Source: Candidatus Giovannonibacteria bacterium RIFCSPHIGHO2_02_FULL_44_11 (lineage in GTDB: Bacteria; Patescibacteriota; Minisyncoccia; UBA11713; 2-01-FULL-45-33). Taken from it: a stretch of DNA of 39,364 bases. The stretch is taken from positions 9,235 through 48,598 of the forward strand of contig MFHL01000004.1 of NCBI GenBank assembly GCA_001778595.1. Reading direction: 5' to 3'. The notes under the pieces are model-generated. The model did no database searches and was not told the origin of the DNA. It saw only the letters and a program-made list of their open reading frames with translations. Positions 1 through 9,081 of the stretch are shown piece after piece (the stretch's first letter is position 1; the number at the start of each line of letters is the position of its first letter). A program made the translations under genes and the position numbers.

Positions 1-57
1 GACCTCGGCATCATGCTCAAAACCGCGAGTATTATGATAAGAAGAGGCGGGAGATAA
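1..57 (+). CDS. 3' end (partial) of a polyprenyl-phosphate sugar phosphotransferase (WcaJ/WbaP-type sugar transferase)
   Basis: Reads DLGIMLKTASIMIRRGGR-stop. The duplicate copy at 823-915 extends this to DLYYVKNRSLLMDLGIMLKT, the characteristic C-terminal motif of this family. The rest of the gene lies left of the window. Confidence 0.7.
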   Translation, partial: DLGIMLKTASIMIRRGGR

Positions 58-61
58 GCTC

Positions 62-85
62 CACTTGGAAACCGGGTTTCCAAGT
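62..85. repeat. REP-like palindrome downstream of the RAYT gene
   Basis: C-ACTTGGAAACC-G-GGTTTCCAAGT, 11-bp perfect arms, identical to 748-771. Confidence 0.9.
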
Positions 86-88
86 TGA

Positions 89-733
89 TTATTCCAACAA
101 CAAGCGTTCTAATTCTTTAGATTCTTCTTTTCGCTTAAGAATATCTTTGAGCGACCCTTCAGCAAAATTTTTATATTCACCTTTATTCCTGAATTGATCT
201 AAAATTATATCGGGCTTGCATAATCGGATAGATGATTTATTAAAATACTCGTCCAAACTCGAACGGAACACTTTGCCCCTATGTCTGTGAATGAGATTAT
301 TTAAATTAACATATGCGCTTAAGTGCATTAGATACTCGTTCGAATCTATATGGATCGCCTTAAATTGCCCTTGAAAAAGAACTCCGATTCTTTTGTGTTG
401 AGTATTAAAATATTTAGTATATCCCCCGCCCAAGCTCTTCATATAATTGCTAATGCCGTTATCGGCCAATTGTTCAAGAATTAGATGAAAATGATTTAAA
501 TTCAGACAATAGCAAATTATATTTACTAATTTAGATTTTTTAAGTTTTAGTTTTATATCGGAATCGAGAAAAGAATTCTCATAAATGCTGCCGATTGGCT
601 CAACAACATTAAATTCATCCATGCTTAGCAGAAAGCGATCAAAATCTTGCGATTTAGTAAAGATTGACCTTTTATCCGTCCCACGATTATATATGTGATA
701 AAATTCCCCATTCGCAAATTTTATTTTTCTCAT
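89..733 (-). CDS. REP-associated tyrosine transposase (RAYT, Y1 HUH, IS200-like)
   Basis: YHIYNRG, YCLNLNHFHLIL (HUH motif), LFQGQFKA, LSAYVNLN (putative catalytic Tyr); flanked by palindromes. Start moved from 820 to ATG at 733 (MRKIKF), because the longer ORF runs through the palindrome. Confidence 0.9.
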   Translation of the reverse strand: MRKIKFANGEFYHIYNRGTDKRSIFTKSQDFDRFLLSMDEFNVVEPIGSIYENSFLDSDIKLKLKKSKLVNIICYCLNLNHFHLILEQLADNGISNYMKSLGGGYTKYFNTQHKRIGVLFQGQFKAIHIDSNEYLMHLSAYVNLNNLIHRHRGKVFRSSLDEYFNKSSIRLCKPDIILDQFRNKGEYKNFAEGSLKDILKRKEESKELERLLLE

Positions 734-747
734 AGCACCTACCATAG

Positions 748-772
748 CACTTGGAAACCGGGTTTCCAAGTG
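748..772. repeat. REP-like palindrome upstream of the RAYT gene
   Basis: CACTTGGAAACC-G-GGTTTCCAAGTG, 12-bp perfect arms. Confidence 0.9.
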
Positions 773-822
773 GATAAGATGAACACGTAAATATATCGAA
801 AAACTCAAAAACAAGGCCAAAC

Positions 823-915
823 GACCTCTACTACGTCAAAAACCGCTCGCTCCTGATGGACCTCGGCATCATGCTCAAAACCGCGAGTATTATGATAAGA
901 AGAGGCGGGAGATAA
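823..915 (+). pseudogene. Duplicated, start-less 3' fragment of the sugar transferase gene
   Basis: 859-915 is identical to 1-57. 823-915 translates to DLYYVKNRSLLMDLGIMLKTASIMIRRGGR-stop, and its stop abuts the wecB stop codon. Confidence 0.75.
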
Positions 916-2004
916 TTAACTCAAACGAGCCACGATGCGTCCAGCGGATTTTCCGTCTCCGAAAGGATTTTTTTTCCATTGATGTTTTTTGGCAAGCATT
1001 GTTTTGACGGCAGCTAAAATATCGTCAGGCCGCACTCCCGGGACCAAAACATTGAATCCCCCATCCACTGTTTCCGGGCGTTCGGTATTATCACGCAAAG
1101 TAACCAGCGGAACTCGCAAGGTAGCGGCTTCCTCCTGCACGCCTCCTGAATCCGTAATGATAAGTTTCGCGTTTTTTTGAAGCTGAAGCATTTCAAAATA
1201 TCCCACAGGCTCTATTATGTTTATTCCGGAGGGCATCTTAAAGCCGAGTGACGCAATTCTTTTCTTTGTTCTGGGATGCAGAGGATACAAAATTTCAACT
1301 CCTTTAAAATGTTTTTTCACCAAATCCAGTCCTTTTAATATATTCTCCAGGCGCTCCGGGTTATCCACGTTCTCCGCCCTGTGGGCGGTCACTAAAAAAT
1401 ATTTATCTTTCTTGAGCCCGATTTTTTTTAAAATTTGGTTTTTTTGGTAACTTGCCGCGTATCTTTTTACCGCGTCAACCACGGTGTTTCCTGTAAGATG
1501 GATTTTTTTCTTATCTATCCCCTCTTTCAGAAGATTATTAACGGAAGTTTTAGTGGGGGCAAAAAGAACGTCCGACAAATTATCCGTCAAAATACGGTTA
1601 ACCTCTTCAAGCATGGCCGTATCATAAGACCGAAGCCCGGCTTCGTGATGCGCAACTTTGATGCCGAGCTTGTTTGCCGCCAAAGCTCCGGCAAGAACCG
1701 TGGTAGTGTCCCCCTGCACCAAAACCCAATTGGGCTTTTCTTTTTTTAAAATTTCAGATATCCCCCTTGTGAATTTCCCGACCTGCTCATTGTAGTTTAA
1801 ATTTCCTAATCCAAGATTATATTTAGGCTTGGGAAGCCCGAGATCCTTAAAAAAAACAGAGTCCATATTTGGAGAATAATGCTGTCCCGTATGCAAAATA
1901 AAAAACGGCACGTTTTTCTTTATGCATTCATGGATTACCGGGGACATCTTTATTATTTCCGGGCGCGTACCCAATATTATCGCGATTTTAGATTTTTTCT
2001 TCAT
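916..2004 (-). CDS. wecB: UDP-N-acetylglucosamine 2-epimerase (non-hydrolysing)
   Basis: GTRPEIIKM, HTGQHY, VQGDT, HHEAGLRS, TDSGGVQEEA, ERPE, NPFGDG motifs. Confidence 0.95.
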   Translation of the reverse strand: MKKKSKIAIILGTRPEIIKMSPVIHECIKKNVPFFILHTGQHYSPNMDSVFFKDLGLPKPKYNLGLGNLNYNEQVGKFTRGISEILKKEKPNWVLVQGDTTTVLAGALAANKLGIKVAHHEAGLRSYDTAMLEEVNRILTDNLSDVLFAPTKTSVNNLLKEGIDKKKIHLTGNTVVDAVKRYAASYQKNQILKKIGLKKDKYFLVTAHRAENVDNPERLENILKGLDLVKKHFKGVEILYPLHPRTKKRIASLGFKMPSGINIIEPVGYFEMLQLQKNAKLIITDSGGVQEEAATLRVPLVTLRDNTERPETVDGGFNVLVPGVRPDDILAAVKTMLAKKHQWKKNPFGDGKSAGRIVARLS

Positions 2005-3208
2005 TGACTATTTCATTAAATTTTCTTAGCAATTTTGCGGTTGTAGATTTTACTTCATAAAACTCCACAACGTCTTTTTTTACATTAGGCGTTATTCCGC
2101 TGACAAGAATTTTTTCAATAAACTCCCGCATCTTGTCCGCTTCCTGATAATTAAACGGCTGATATCCGAGTCTTTCCAAAAACAAACTTGTCGGGCTGCC
2201 CGCCGGAGTAATTCCTATTATCGGCGTACCGCTTCCCGCGTAATCCACCGCTTTAGAAGGAAAAAACGGGCTGTTTTTAAAATCGGCGTCTATTACAAGC
2301 AAACAGTCCGACTCAGTCATATATTTAAGGCTCTCTTTATATCCCACCGCAGGCACAATATCAGCAATTTTATCCAAGCCGTAATCCGCCAGCATTTGCT
2401 TCACATTCTCAATATTATACCCGGTATAATCGCTTTCAATGCCTACCAGTTTCAGCGCGGTTTTTTGTTTCAATTCAGGATGTTTTTTGAAAACCACGTC
2501 TAAAGCCCCGAAAAATAATTCCGGATTTCTTTGTTTATAAAAAGCGCCGATATAGCTAAAAGTAAATTTGCCGTTCTCTTTTTTCGCGCCTTTCGCGGGG
2601 TAATCCGACGCGTCAAAACAATGCGGCACAACAGCCGTCCTTCCTTTTAAAGCCGCGGGATATTTTTTCATCACAAGTTCCAGCGCCGGCCGGTTGGTAA
2701 ACACAATTCCGCTGCTGTTTTCAATAATAAATTTTTCCTGCAGCCTTGCTTTTATTCCGCCAAATCCGGAAAAATGTTTATAAGAATTGTCCGTCCACGG
2801 ATCGCTGAAATGCGAAACGAACGGGATTCCCAGTTTCTTTTTCAGCATCGCCCCCAAAATATTGCTTTCCTGCGGATTGGAAAAAGAGAAAATCAAATTG
2901 ATATCGTATTTTTTTATTATTTCTTCGGCAATGCCGGAAAGTTTTTTGAAATATTTATATTCGTTCCGTAAACGCGCGAGCTTATTTAAAATGGGGACTT
3001 TCAAAAACGCGCCGGATTCCTTAAATACCGGTATTTTATAAACCGGCACGCCAATATTCCAATCGCCGCATATATCATAGGTTACAACGACCGGCCGGAT
3101 TCCCTGCTTTGTCCACTCCGGTATCATTTTGCCGATCAAAATAGACTGTGGCCGCACAATCGGCGGCGTCCAGAAACTAAGACATAATACTTTTAATTTT
3201 GAGGTCAT
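1988..3208 (-). CDS. Glycosyltransferase, GT-B fold (GT4-like)
   Basis: FSDPW, YIGAFYKQRNP, FPSKAVDYAGSGTPIIG. Start taken at ATG 3208 (MTSKLKVLCL). Confidence 0.8.
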   Translation of the reverse strand: MTSKLKVLCLSFWTPPIVRPQSILIGKMIPEWTKQGIRPVVVTYDICGDWNIGVPVYKIPVFKESGAFLKVPILNKLARLRNEYKYFKKLSGIAEEIIKKYDINLIFSFSNPQESNILGAMLKKKLGIPFVSHFSDPWTDNSYKHFSGFGGIKARLQEKFIIENSSGIVFTNRPALELVMKKYPAALKGRTAVVPHCFDASDYPAKGAKKENGKFTFSYIGAFYKQRNPELFFGALDVVFKKHPELKQKTALKLVGIESDYTGYNIENVKQMLADYGLDKIADIVPAVGYKESLKYMTESDCLLVIDADFKNSPFFPSKAVDYAGSGTPIIGITPAGSPTSLFLERLGYQPFNYQEADKMREFIEKILVSGITPNVKKDVVEFYEVKSTTAKLLRKFNEIVNEEKI

Positions 3209-3758
3209 TTTTTGAAATAACTCTTTTATAAGGCAGGAATACAACGCCGTGCAATTCCAAAATATTCACTCCTTCCAGATAAGCCTTTTTTCTGGCGTTC
3301 GCGACCAATTTTTCAAAAGCTTTTGAATTACGATTTACGTCGATATAAAGATCTTCTTTGTCCAGCATCACATATTTTGTCCTAAGTTTTCTGATAATGG
3401 TCTGCATATTTTTAACGCCAAGTCTTGTTTCGATCTTTGGCACAACCTCAATATGCGCCGGTAGTTTTGATTTTATGGCAAAAATCGCCTTCGGATCTTC
3501 AACATTGGAAACGGCAAAATATTTTATATGTGGAAATTGATGCGCAACCGCAATCGTCTCCCCAAGTGTCATTTTGGGCTTGGGAGGCTTTGATCTGCCT
3601 TGTGGATAATCAAGATATACGTCGTGTTTTATTTTACCCAAAAGCGCCAAAAGCTCCTTTTTGTCTTTTATCCACGCAACATTGATCCGCAAAACAACAC
3701 TTTCCTTAGGAAAATCGATGGGCGTCGCCGACAATAAATAATGCGATACTAATAACAT
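3177..3758 (-). CDS. Small pyruvate-kinase/HpcH-like TIM-barrel protein
   Basis: RINVAW, YLDYPQG, FAVSNVE, VPKIETRLGVKNM and MLDKEDL parallel pyruvate kinase A-domain motifs (RLNFSH, LLDTKG, SFV, AKIE, ARGDL). Only 193 aa. Confidence 0.6.
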   Translation of the reverse strand: MLLVSHYLLSATPIDFPKESVVLRINVAWIKDKKELLALLGKIKHDVYLDYPQGRSKPPKPKMTLGETIAVAHQFPHIKYFAVSNVEDPKAIFAIKSKLPAHIEVVPKIETRLGVKNMQTIIRKLRTKYVMLDKEDLYIDVNRNSKAFEKLVANARKKAYLEGVNILELHGVVFLPYKRVISKNDLKIKSIMS

Positions 3759-3759
3759 T

Positions 3760-4191
3760 TTAATTTTCTTTTATGCGCTTAATAATATCGCTGGTTGAAA
3801 TGCCGTCGTGATACGGCAACATTAAAACTTTCCCGCCAATCTTTTTCATTATTTTCTCTCCTGGCGCTTCCTTACCTTCCTCCCAGCCGGCCCCCGGCCC
3901 TTTTGCCAAAATATGCGGTTTTATTTTTTCCAAAACATTATCTGGGGCCAAATCATTCTGCACCAGAACCTCGTCCACAAACGAACAGTGCTCAACCATA
4001 TGGATTCTATCCGCCAAAGAAATTATCGACTCTCTCTTAAAAGATTTGGCTACTTCATCGCTAAAAACTCCCACCACCAATTTATCTCCCAAAGCCTTCG
4101 CTTCTTTTAAAAGCTCAACATGCCCCCTATGGAAAAGGTCAAAAACGCCGTAAGTGTAAACTATGATTTTTTCCTTATTATTTTGCCTCAT
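3760..4191 (-). CDS. Cytidylyltransferase-like protein (TagD/RfaE-II family)
   Basis: GVFDLFHRGHV (HxGH motif), VDEV, GISTSDII. Confidence 0.9.
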   Translation of the reverse strand: MRQNNKEKIIVYTYGVFDLFHRGHVELLKEAKALGDKLVVGVFSDEVAKSFKRESIISLADRIHMVEHCSFVDEVLVQNDLAPDNVLEKIKPHILAKGPGAGWEEGKEAPGEKIMKKIGGKVLMLPYHDGISTSDIIKRIKEN

Positions 4192-5365
4192 ATAACTCTT
4201 TTAACTTATCAACCGTCGCTTTGGTTGCGCCACCTGCATTGTAAGAAATCAGCTTTTCCAAAGCTTGGTCCGTTTTAACCGGTAAATTACCTGAAAAAAT
4301 ATCGTCCAACACTTTGTCCAACGCACCAATATCGCTAACCATATAACCGCATCTCTCCCTGAAATCGCCCAGAGAACTTAACCCGTGATTTTTAAAAAAT
4401 TCCTCCATATGTATGAAAACCATATGCTTGTGCAGAATGAAAAATTCTGTCCAAATAGTGCTCATATCGGTAATGCCGATGTCGCTTGCCATTACGTAAT
4501 CAACGGAATCTTCGTTGTAAACATTAATTATTCCCTTCTTCATTAAACGCTCTTGGGCAAAAAAGGTTTTCCAGTCCACCCCGCCACTTGATTTTTTGTT
4601 TTTTGGGTTTATATACATGCCGGGATGTATTTTAACAATAAGATTTACGTTGTGTTTTTCCGGTATTTCTAAAATGTGCTCTATCCAACTCATTAAACTG
4701 GCATCCTGATTCCACGTTGGTGCATACATAACAGTGCGTTTATTTGGATCCAACCCAACGCCGGATAAAAACCGTTCCCGGTCAATTGTATGATCAAATA
4801 ATGCGTCTGTTCTTGGCACGCCAACGGCATGCATGCGCGGAATTTGTTTGATATTATTCTCCTTACAGTAATTCAGCAGATCGGTTTCGTAAGCCGGGCC
4901 GGAATTAAACGAATCGGATATTTTTCCGATTGCCGGAGAAAAAATGTCTTTATTTTTTGCCGTAGTAGTATGGGGGAAATTTATTTTATATTTTGCCCGG
5001 GCGGGAACCACAATATCGTATGAAAGGGTGGCGTTCAAATAAAAATCAACTTCAGGAAATTTCCGTATCCAGGAAATATCCAATATAAACGGGGGGGTTG
5101 AAACAAAAAAACTGTCGCGAAGCTCGGACAATGCGCCCCTTAGGCCCGCGCGGCAGAAAAAAATTATCGCAGCGTTGTCTTCGCACAGCTTTTTTAAAAC
5201 AGGAAGCAGATAAAAAAATTCATTGGTGGTAGCAATTTCCGCCAATACACTCATATTGTTCTTATGGCGTGCGTTTCTGATTAACAACAAAGCCCTGATA
5301 TACAGAGGTACATCAAATAAAAAACGTAAAAAAACCTTATATAAATATATTAACTTACGCGGCAT
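4178..5365 (-). CDS. CDP-glycerol glycerophosphotransferase family protein (TagB/TagF-like)
   Basis: GVPRTD, MYAPTW, VKIHP, SDIGITDMST. Start placed at ATG 5365, which overlaps the upstream stop (TAATG). Confidence 0.8.
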   Translation of the reverse strand: MPRKLIYLYKVFLRFLFDVPLYIRALLLIRNARHKNNMSVLAEIATTNEFFYLLPVLKKLCEDNAAIIFFCRAGLRGALSELRDSFFVSTPPFILDISWIRKFPEVDFYLNATLSYDIVVPARAKYKINFPHTTTAKNKDIFSPAIGKISDSFNSGPAYETDLLNYCKENNIKQIPRMHAVGVPRTDALFDHTIDRERFLSGVGLDPNKRTVMYAPTWNQDASLMSWIEHILEIPEKHNVNLIVKIHPGMYINPKNKKSSGGVDWKTFFAQERLMKKGIINVYNEDSVDYVMASDIGITDMSTIWTEFFILHKHMVFIHMEEFFKNHGLSSLGDFRERCGYMVSDIGALDKVLDDIFSGNLPVKTDQALEKLISYNAGGATKATVDKLKELYEAK

Positions 5366-7479
5366 TAATTTAATTCGTGTAAATCCATTAACAAGTCGGC
5401 GAAATATTTTACCGGCCAATTGAGCGCCTGATACGGCTCGTACCCGCCGGATATCGGCCAACTCCCCCAAATCGCGCCCAAACCGCCGAATTCCGGGTCC
5501 AGATTATTTTGGCATACTTTTAAATATTCTTTGGCCCGTTCCGCACATTCCAGATATTTTTTATCTCCATATTTTTTATACGCTTTAATGGCAGTTACAC
5601 CAATTTGTGCAATACCGGTAAGACAAGCCCATTCTACAGTTCCTTTCCATTCTTTATCCAGTCTGCCGGGAACAAAACCTCTTTCGTCCATCACGGACAA
5701 AACTCCGTCCAATGCTTTTTTAGCACTGTTCATAAATTCTTGTTTGCACAAGACTTCTCCCAAATCCCACATACCATCGATCGTGTAAGCTATAGTATGC
5801 AAAAGCGAACCTTCGAACTGTTTAAAATCGGCACCTTCATACCAGCCTTTCTGATTTTGCTTTTTAATAACTGAATTTCCGATTTTAATTCCGAATTGCT
5901 TATATTCATCTTTTCCAAATTTCACCCCGAGTTCCGCCAAAGGAGCTGCAGCATAAGCATAGTAAGAAAGCGGCTGAAAATTATTGCCCACCATCCAATT
6001 GCCGGCCCGCAATGCCGCGTCTTTGTATTTTGCTTCTTCAAACGCACCGTACGCAGCCAGCAGACCTCTTATCACCTGGCCCGTATCAAAAACTTCAGGC
6101 TTGGGATTTTTTGCAATATTTCCGGCCTGTATCCAGCCGTCTTTATTCATCAAAGCAAGCTCCCAATCAGCCATCAGCTTAGCACGTCTCAGCAGATCTT
6201 TGTCGTTTAAAATTTTAGCCGCAAAAATAACAGTAGGAATTATATATCCCGTGGTTTCGGGGTAAGAAGGCTGCCAACCGGATTTCCTGAATTTTCTGTC
6301 CCAAAACAGGCTGAATCCGCGGCTTACTCCTCCGTCAGACGTTGCGTCTTGCGCCGCTTTAAGCCAATTTAATGTTCGTTCCAAATGCTGCCGGTCATTG
6401 CCTGCCAGAGCATAATTCCTGTTTTCCAGAATATTTTTGAAATTCTCGGCTCTTTTCAGACTTATTTTAGCTCTAAATTTATTTTGAATTTTATCCGAAA
6501 AAGAAACTTCTTCCGCGCCTCTCTGTACGCTGCCGATGTAAACAATTTTTTCCATTGTTTTGGAAAAGAAAGGCCATGCTCCGACCAAATCATCGAAAAA
6601 ATACGAAATATTGAAAACGGTTTTCTGAACTGCGTCCGGCGCGAAGCGCCTGAATTTTATAATGTCAAAAAGATAAAAATGGAATCCCCACCCCGCACCG
6701 GCGTAACCTTGCGTCCTTATAAAATTTTTCCGCGACAACTTTTCAAATTCGCGGTACGAATTATACCTGTCGTAAGCAAGGCCCCATGGATTCCATTTTT
6801 GCATCCGGGGAAGCATCCTGAAACGCTTGTACAATTCTTTTAAATTTAATTTATTATACGCCTCAACAACAACATGGCCCGACGGCCTTGTTACCCGCAC
6901 CATCTCCGCAAATGTCTGTTCTTGCGCGCGAAGATGCTGAAATACCCGTATACTCACCGTAAAATCAGAAATTGCGTCTTTGAACGGCAAATCTTCCACC
7001 TGCCCGCACACCAGCCAATAACCGGGTTCTCTCGCTTTTGTGGCCTGCAAAAGATAAAGAGAAGCGTCTAACCCGATCTTCTGGCCCCCTTCAGGATAAT
7101 CCGACAAAAGACGTCCATTACCACACCCCAAATCAAGTATTATTTTTTTAGACAAATCAATTCCCAGCTTTACCTTAAGCTTTTTTATAACATTCAGTTC
7201 TGAAATATGCGTATATTGTCCCCAAGGATTTCCTTGTTTCTTTAAATAAGTATCATATTTTTTTGCGTAGCTCTGGGCATTGTCTTTCAAATCCCAGTGC
7301 CTTTGGTGGATATCTGGAGACTGCGCGGAATTTGGAAACAGAATAGGTATCCCGTCTTTAACCGGATATTCGTCATCGCATATTTTACATTTTAATAAAT
7401 CGCCTGATTCCGCCAAATCACCGCGGCAAGCGCGTTTTGGACAGCGCAAAATATCAATAAATTCTTTTTGCAAACTCAT
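5365..7479 (-). CDS. Trm112-like + class I SAM methyltransferase + prenyltransferase-like alpha/alpha-barrel fusion protein
   Basis: N-terminal ILRCP..C..CKIC..YPVKDGIP; ILDLGCGNG and VEDLPF; C-terminal SYPETTGYIIPT, FDTGQV, HTIAYT, CLTGIAQ, NWPVKYFAD. Confidence 0.75.
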   Translation of the reverse strand: MSLQKEFIDILRCPKRACRGDLAESGDLLKCKICDDEYPVKDGIPILFPNSAQSPDIHQRHWDLKDNAQSYAKKYDTYLKKQGNPWGQYTHISELNVIKKLKVKLGIDLSKKIILDLGCGNGRLLSDYPEGGQKIGLDASLYLLQATKAREPGYWLVCGQVEDLPFKDAISDFTVSIRVFQHLRAQEQTFAEMVRVTRPSGHVVVEAYNKLNLKELYKRFRMLPRMQKWNPWGLAYDRYNSYREFEKLSRKNFIRTQGYAGAGWGFHFYLFDIIKFRRFAPDAVQKTVFNISYFFDDLVGAWPFFSKTMEKIVYIGSVQRGAEEVSFSDKIQNKFRAKISLKRAENFKNILENRNYALAGNDRQHLERTLNWLKAAQDATSDGGVSRGFSLFWDRKFRKSGWQPSYPETTGYIIPTVIFAAKILNDKDLLRRAKLMADWELALMNKDGWIQAGNIAKNPKPEVFDTGQVIRGLLAAYGAFEEAKYKDAALRAGNWMVGNNFQPLSYYAYAAAPLAELGVKFGKDEYKQFGIKIGNSVIKKQNQKGWYEGADFKQFEGSLLHTIAYTIDGMWDLGEVLCKQEFMNSAKKALDGVLSVMDERGFVPGRLDKEWKGTVEWACLTGIAQIGVTAIKAYKKYGDKKYLECAERAKEYLKVCQNNLDPEFGGLGAIWGSWPISGGYEPYQALNWPVKYFADLLMDLHELN

Positions 7480-8981
7480 GAAAATATTCTATCCAGTTCT
7501 CTTTTATAAATCCTCCATAACTCCTCTTTGTCCCCAGCTCCCTTGCTCCATATGTCCCCATAATTAAAGCTGGAACCCGCGTCAAAAATCGCGGCGACAT
7601 AATTTTCCAATTTCCCTTCGTAATCTTCCGTTCTCAAATTTATGCTTAACACTTCCTTAATTTTTCGGGGCAGAGCGGTAAAATCAGTGTGCTTGAAGAC
7701 ATTGGGGAGCTTCATGGTGGTACCCAAATTTCCCAATTGGATCACGGGCTTACAAAAAAAGGCCGCTTCGCCGATGGTCGTACCGTTGGGGCTTACTATC
7801 AAATCGGCCTTTTTGAATATTTGAACAGTAGGTGTCCGATAATCAATGAATTTCACGTTAGGTGTGCGGGCAACTTTTTCCCAATAGGACATCGGACGCA
7901 ATCCAACCATTTCAGGATGTTCTTTTACAACCAGCGTATAATCGCCCGGAAGAGACATCGCCACCTGTCTGGCCGTTTCGATTTGGTTGCTGAAATTAGG
8001 AGCTATCACATCAATATTAGCTTCCGGCTGGAATTGCAGCGGAAAATAAACGCATTTCCCGACTTTCTCCAAAGGATAGAACTGAAACCGTGAAGCCGCC
8101 CATTTTTGGTATTTGTTCATGTAATGGTCACGAAGCAAAATTTTCGGGGGGCGGTAATCAACGGTTATTCCCGTGGCTTTAACGTAATCAACCGGACGCT
8201 TCCCCATCCACCACTTAAAACACTGATAATAAGGAGATAGTTCTTTTTTTAAGAAATGCCTGAAACCTAATTTCTTCGGCGTTTCGGCAGATACCTTTCC
8301 GTATTCCGCTCTGAATGTTTCAATAAATGAACGGGCTTTGTTTTGATTTGAGCTTTTCTCTTTTTGATTATTTAAATCGTCCAGTCTTTTAAAAAACGGC
8401 CCTTCGCTGTCCTGATAATTATAAGTAAACTGCCAAAATCCTTTTACCGCCCAGGAAGTTATCGCGAACATCGGAATTTTGTTTTTTTTTGCATATAAAT
8501 TGAATATGATGTGCGGCAAAGCGACAAAGTTGGGCGCAATGATAACATCGGGCTTAAACTCGCTGAAAAATACTTTCATGTATTTATAAACGGCTTTTAT
8601 GAAAAGTTCTATTCCTTCATCTGAAACGTTCTGGCGGAAAGAATAGTAATATTTTTCCCTGTACGATTTAACATGATTTCGGAGCGTGTAAGCTAAATGC
8701 CAGATGGAATCGATGCCCAGTTCTCCGCAAATCTCTTCAAAAGAAAAAACATCTCCCGCCAAATACGCCGCCGGGTCGGACATAATCGCATCATTTTCGA
8801 TTATCAGCTCATATTTTACTCCCGGCTGATTCCTTATCAATTCGTCGGTACTTTTTTTAAATGTCAGAGCGGCTAAAACGGCTTCTTCTTCCGATAATTT
8901 TTTCGCCAAAAAACGGCCTATGGTTTTTCCCCATCCGCGCTGTTGAAAAATCAAAACCCGTTTTCCTTTTAGATTATCCAT
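7476..8981 (-). CDS. Capsule polysaccharide biosynthesis protein (KpsS-like; candidate ulosonic acid transferase)
   Basis: FPLQFQPE and VKEHP motifs; GTTIGEAA. Confidence 0.75.
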   Translation of the reverse strand: MDNLKGKRVLIFQQRGWGKTIGRFLAKKLSEEEAVLAALTFKKSTDELIRNQPGVKYELIIENDAIMSDPAAYLAGDVFSFEEICGELGIDSIWHLAYTLRNHVKSYREKYYYSFRQNVSDEGIELFIKAVYKYMKVFFSEFKPDVIIAPNFVALPHIIFNLYAKKNKIPMFAITSWAVKGFWQFTYNYQDSEGPFFKRLDDLNNQKEKSSNQNKARSFIETFRAEYGKVSAETPKKLGFRHFLKKELSPYYQCFKWWMGKRPVDYVKATGITVDYRPPKILLRDHYMNKYQKWAASRFQFYPLEKVGKCVYFPLQFQPEANIDVIAPNFSNQIETARQVAMSLPGDYTLVVKEHPEMVGLRPMSYWEKVARTPNVKFIDYRTPTVQIFKKADLIVSPNGTTIGEAAFFCKPVIQLGNLGTTMKLPNVFKHTDFTALPRKIKEVLSINLRTEDYEGKLENYVAAIFDAGSSFNYGDIWSKGAGDKEELWRIYKRELDRIFS

Positions 8982-9048
8982 TTTTTAACGCTTAGTATAA
9001 CTTAGTATTAAAACCTTAGCACGGACGCCGTTGTTTCTCAACAAAAAA

Positions 9049-9069
9049 CCTGCCTTGCCGGCAGGCAGG
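9049..9069. repeat. CCTGCC...GGCAGG palindromic element, intergenic copy
   Basis: CCTGCCTTGCCGGCAGGCAGG; one mismatch to 35819-35839. Confidence 0.85.
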
Positions 9070-9081
9070 CCGCCCAAATTG

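Noticed and set aside
734..820. N-terminal extension of the RAYT ORF
   Set aside because: It starts at TTG and runs through the palindrome; family similarity begins at MRKIKF (733).
1..915. Possible CRISPR array from the repeated 57-bp and 24-bp sequences
   Set aside because: Only two copies of each, separated by a gene; no spacer periodicity and no cas genes.
5366..5470. Extended start of the TagF-like ORF
   Set aside because: It overlaps the upstream gene by 105 bp; TAATG coupling at 5365 is more plausible.
8991..9010. Tandem CTTAGTATAA/CTTAGTATTA
   Set aside because: Two AT-rich units overlapping a probable -10 box; too little to call an operator.
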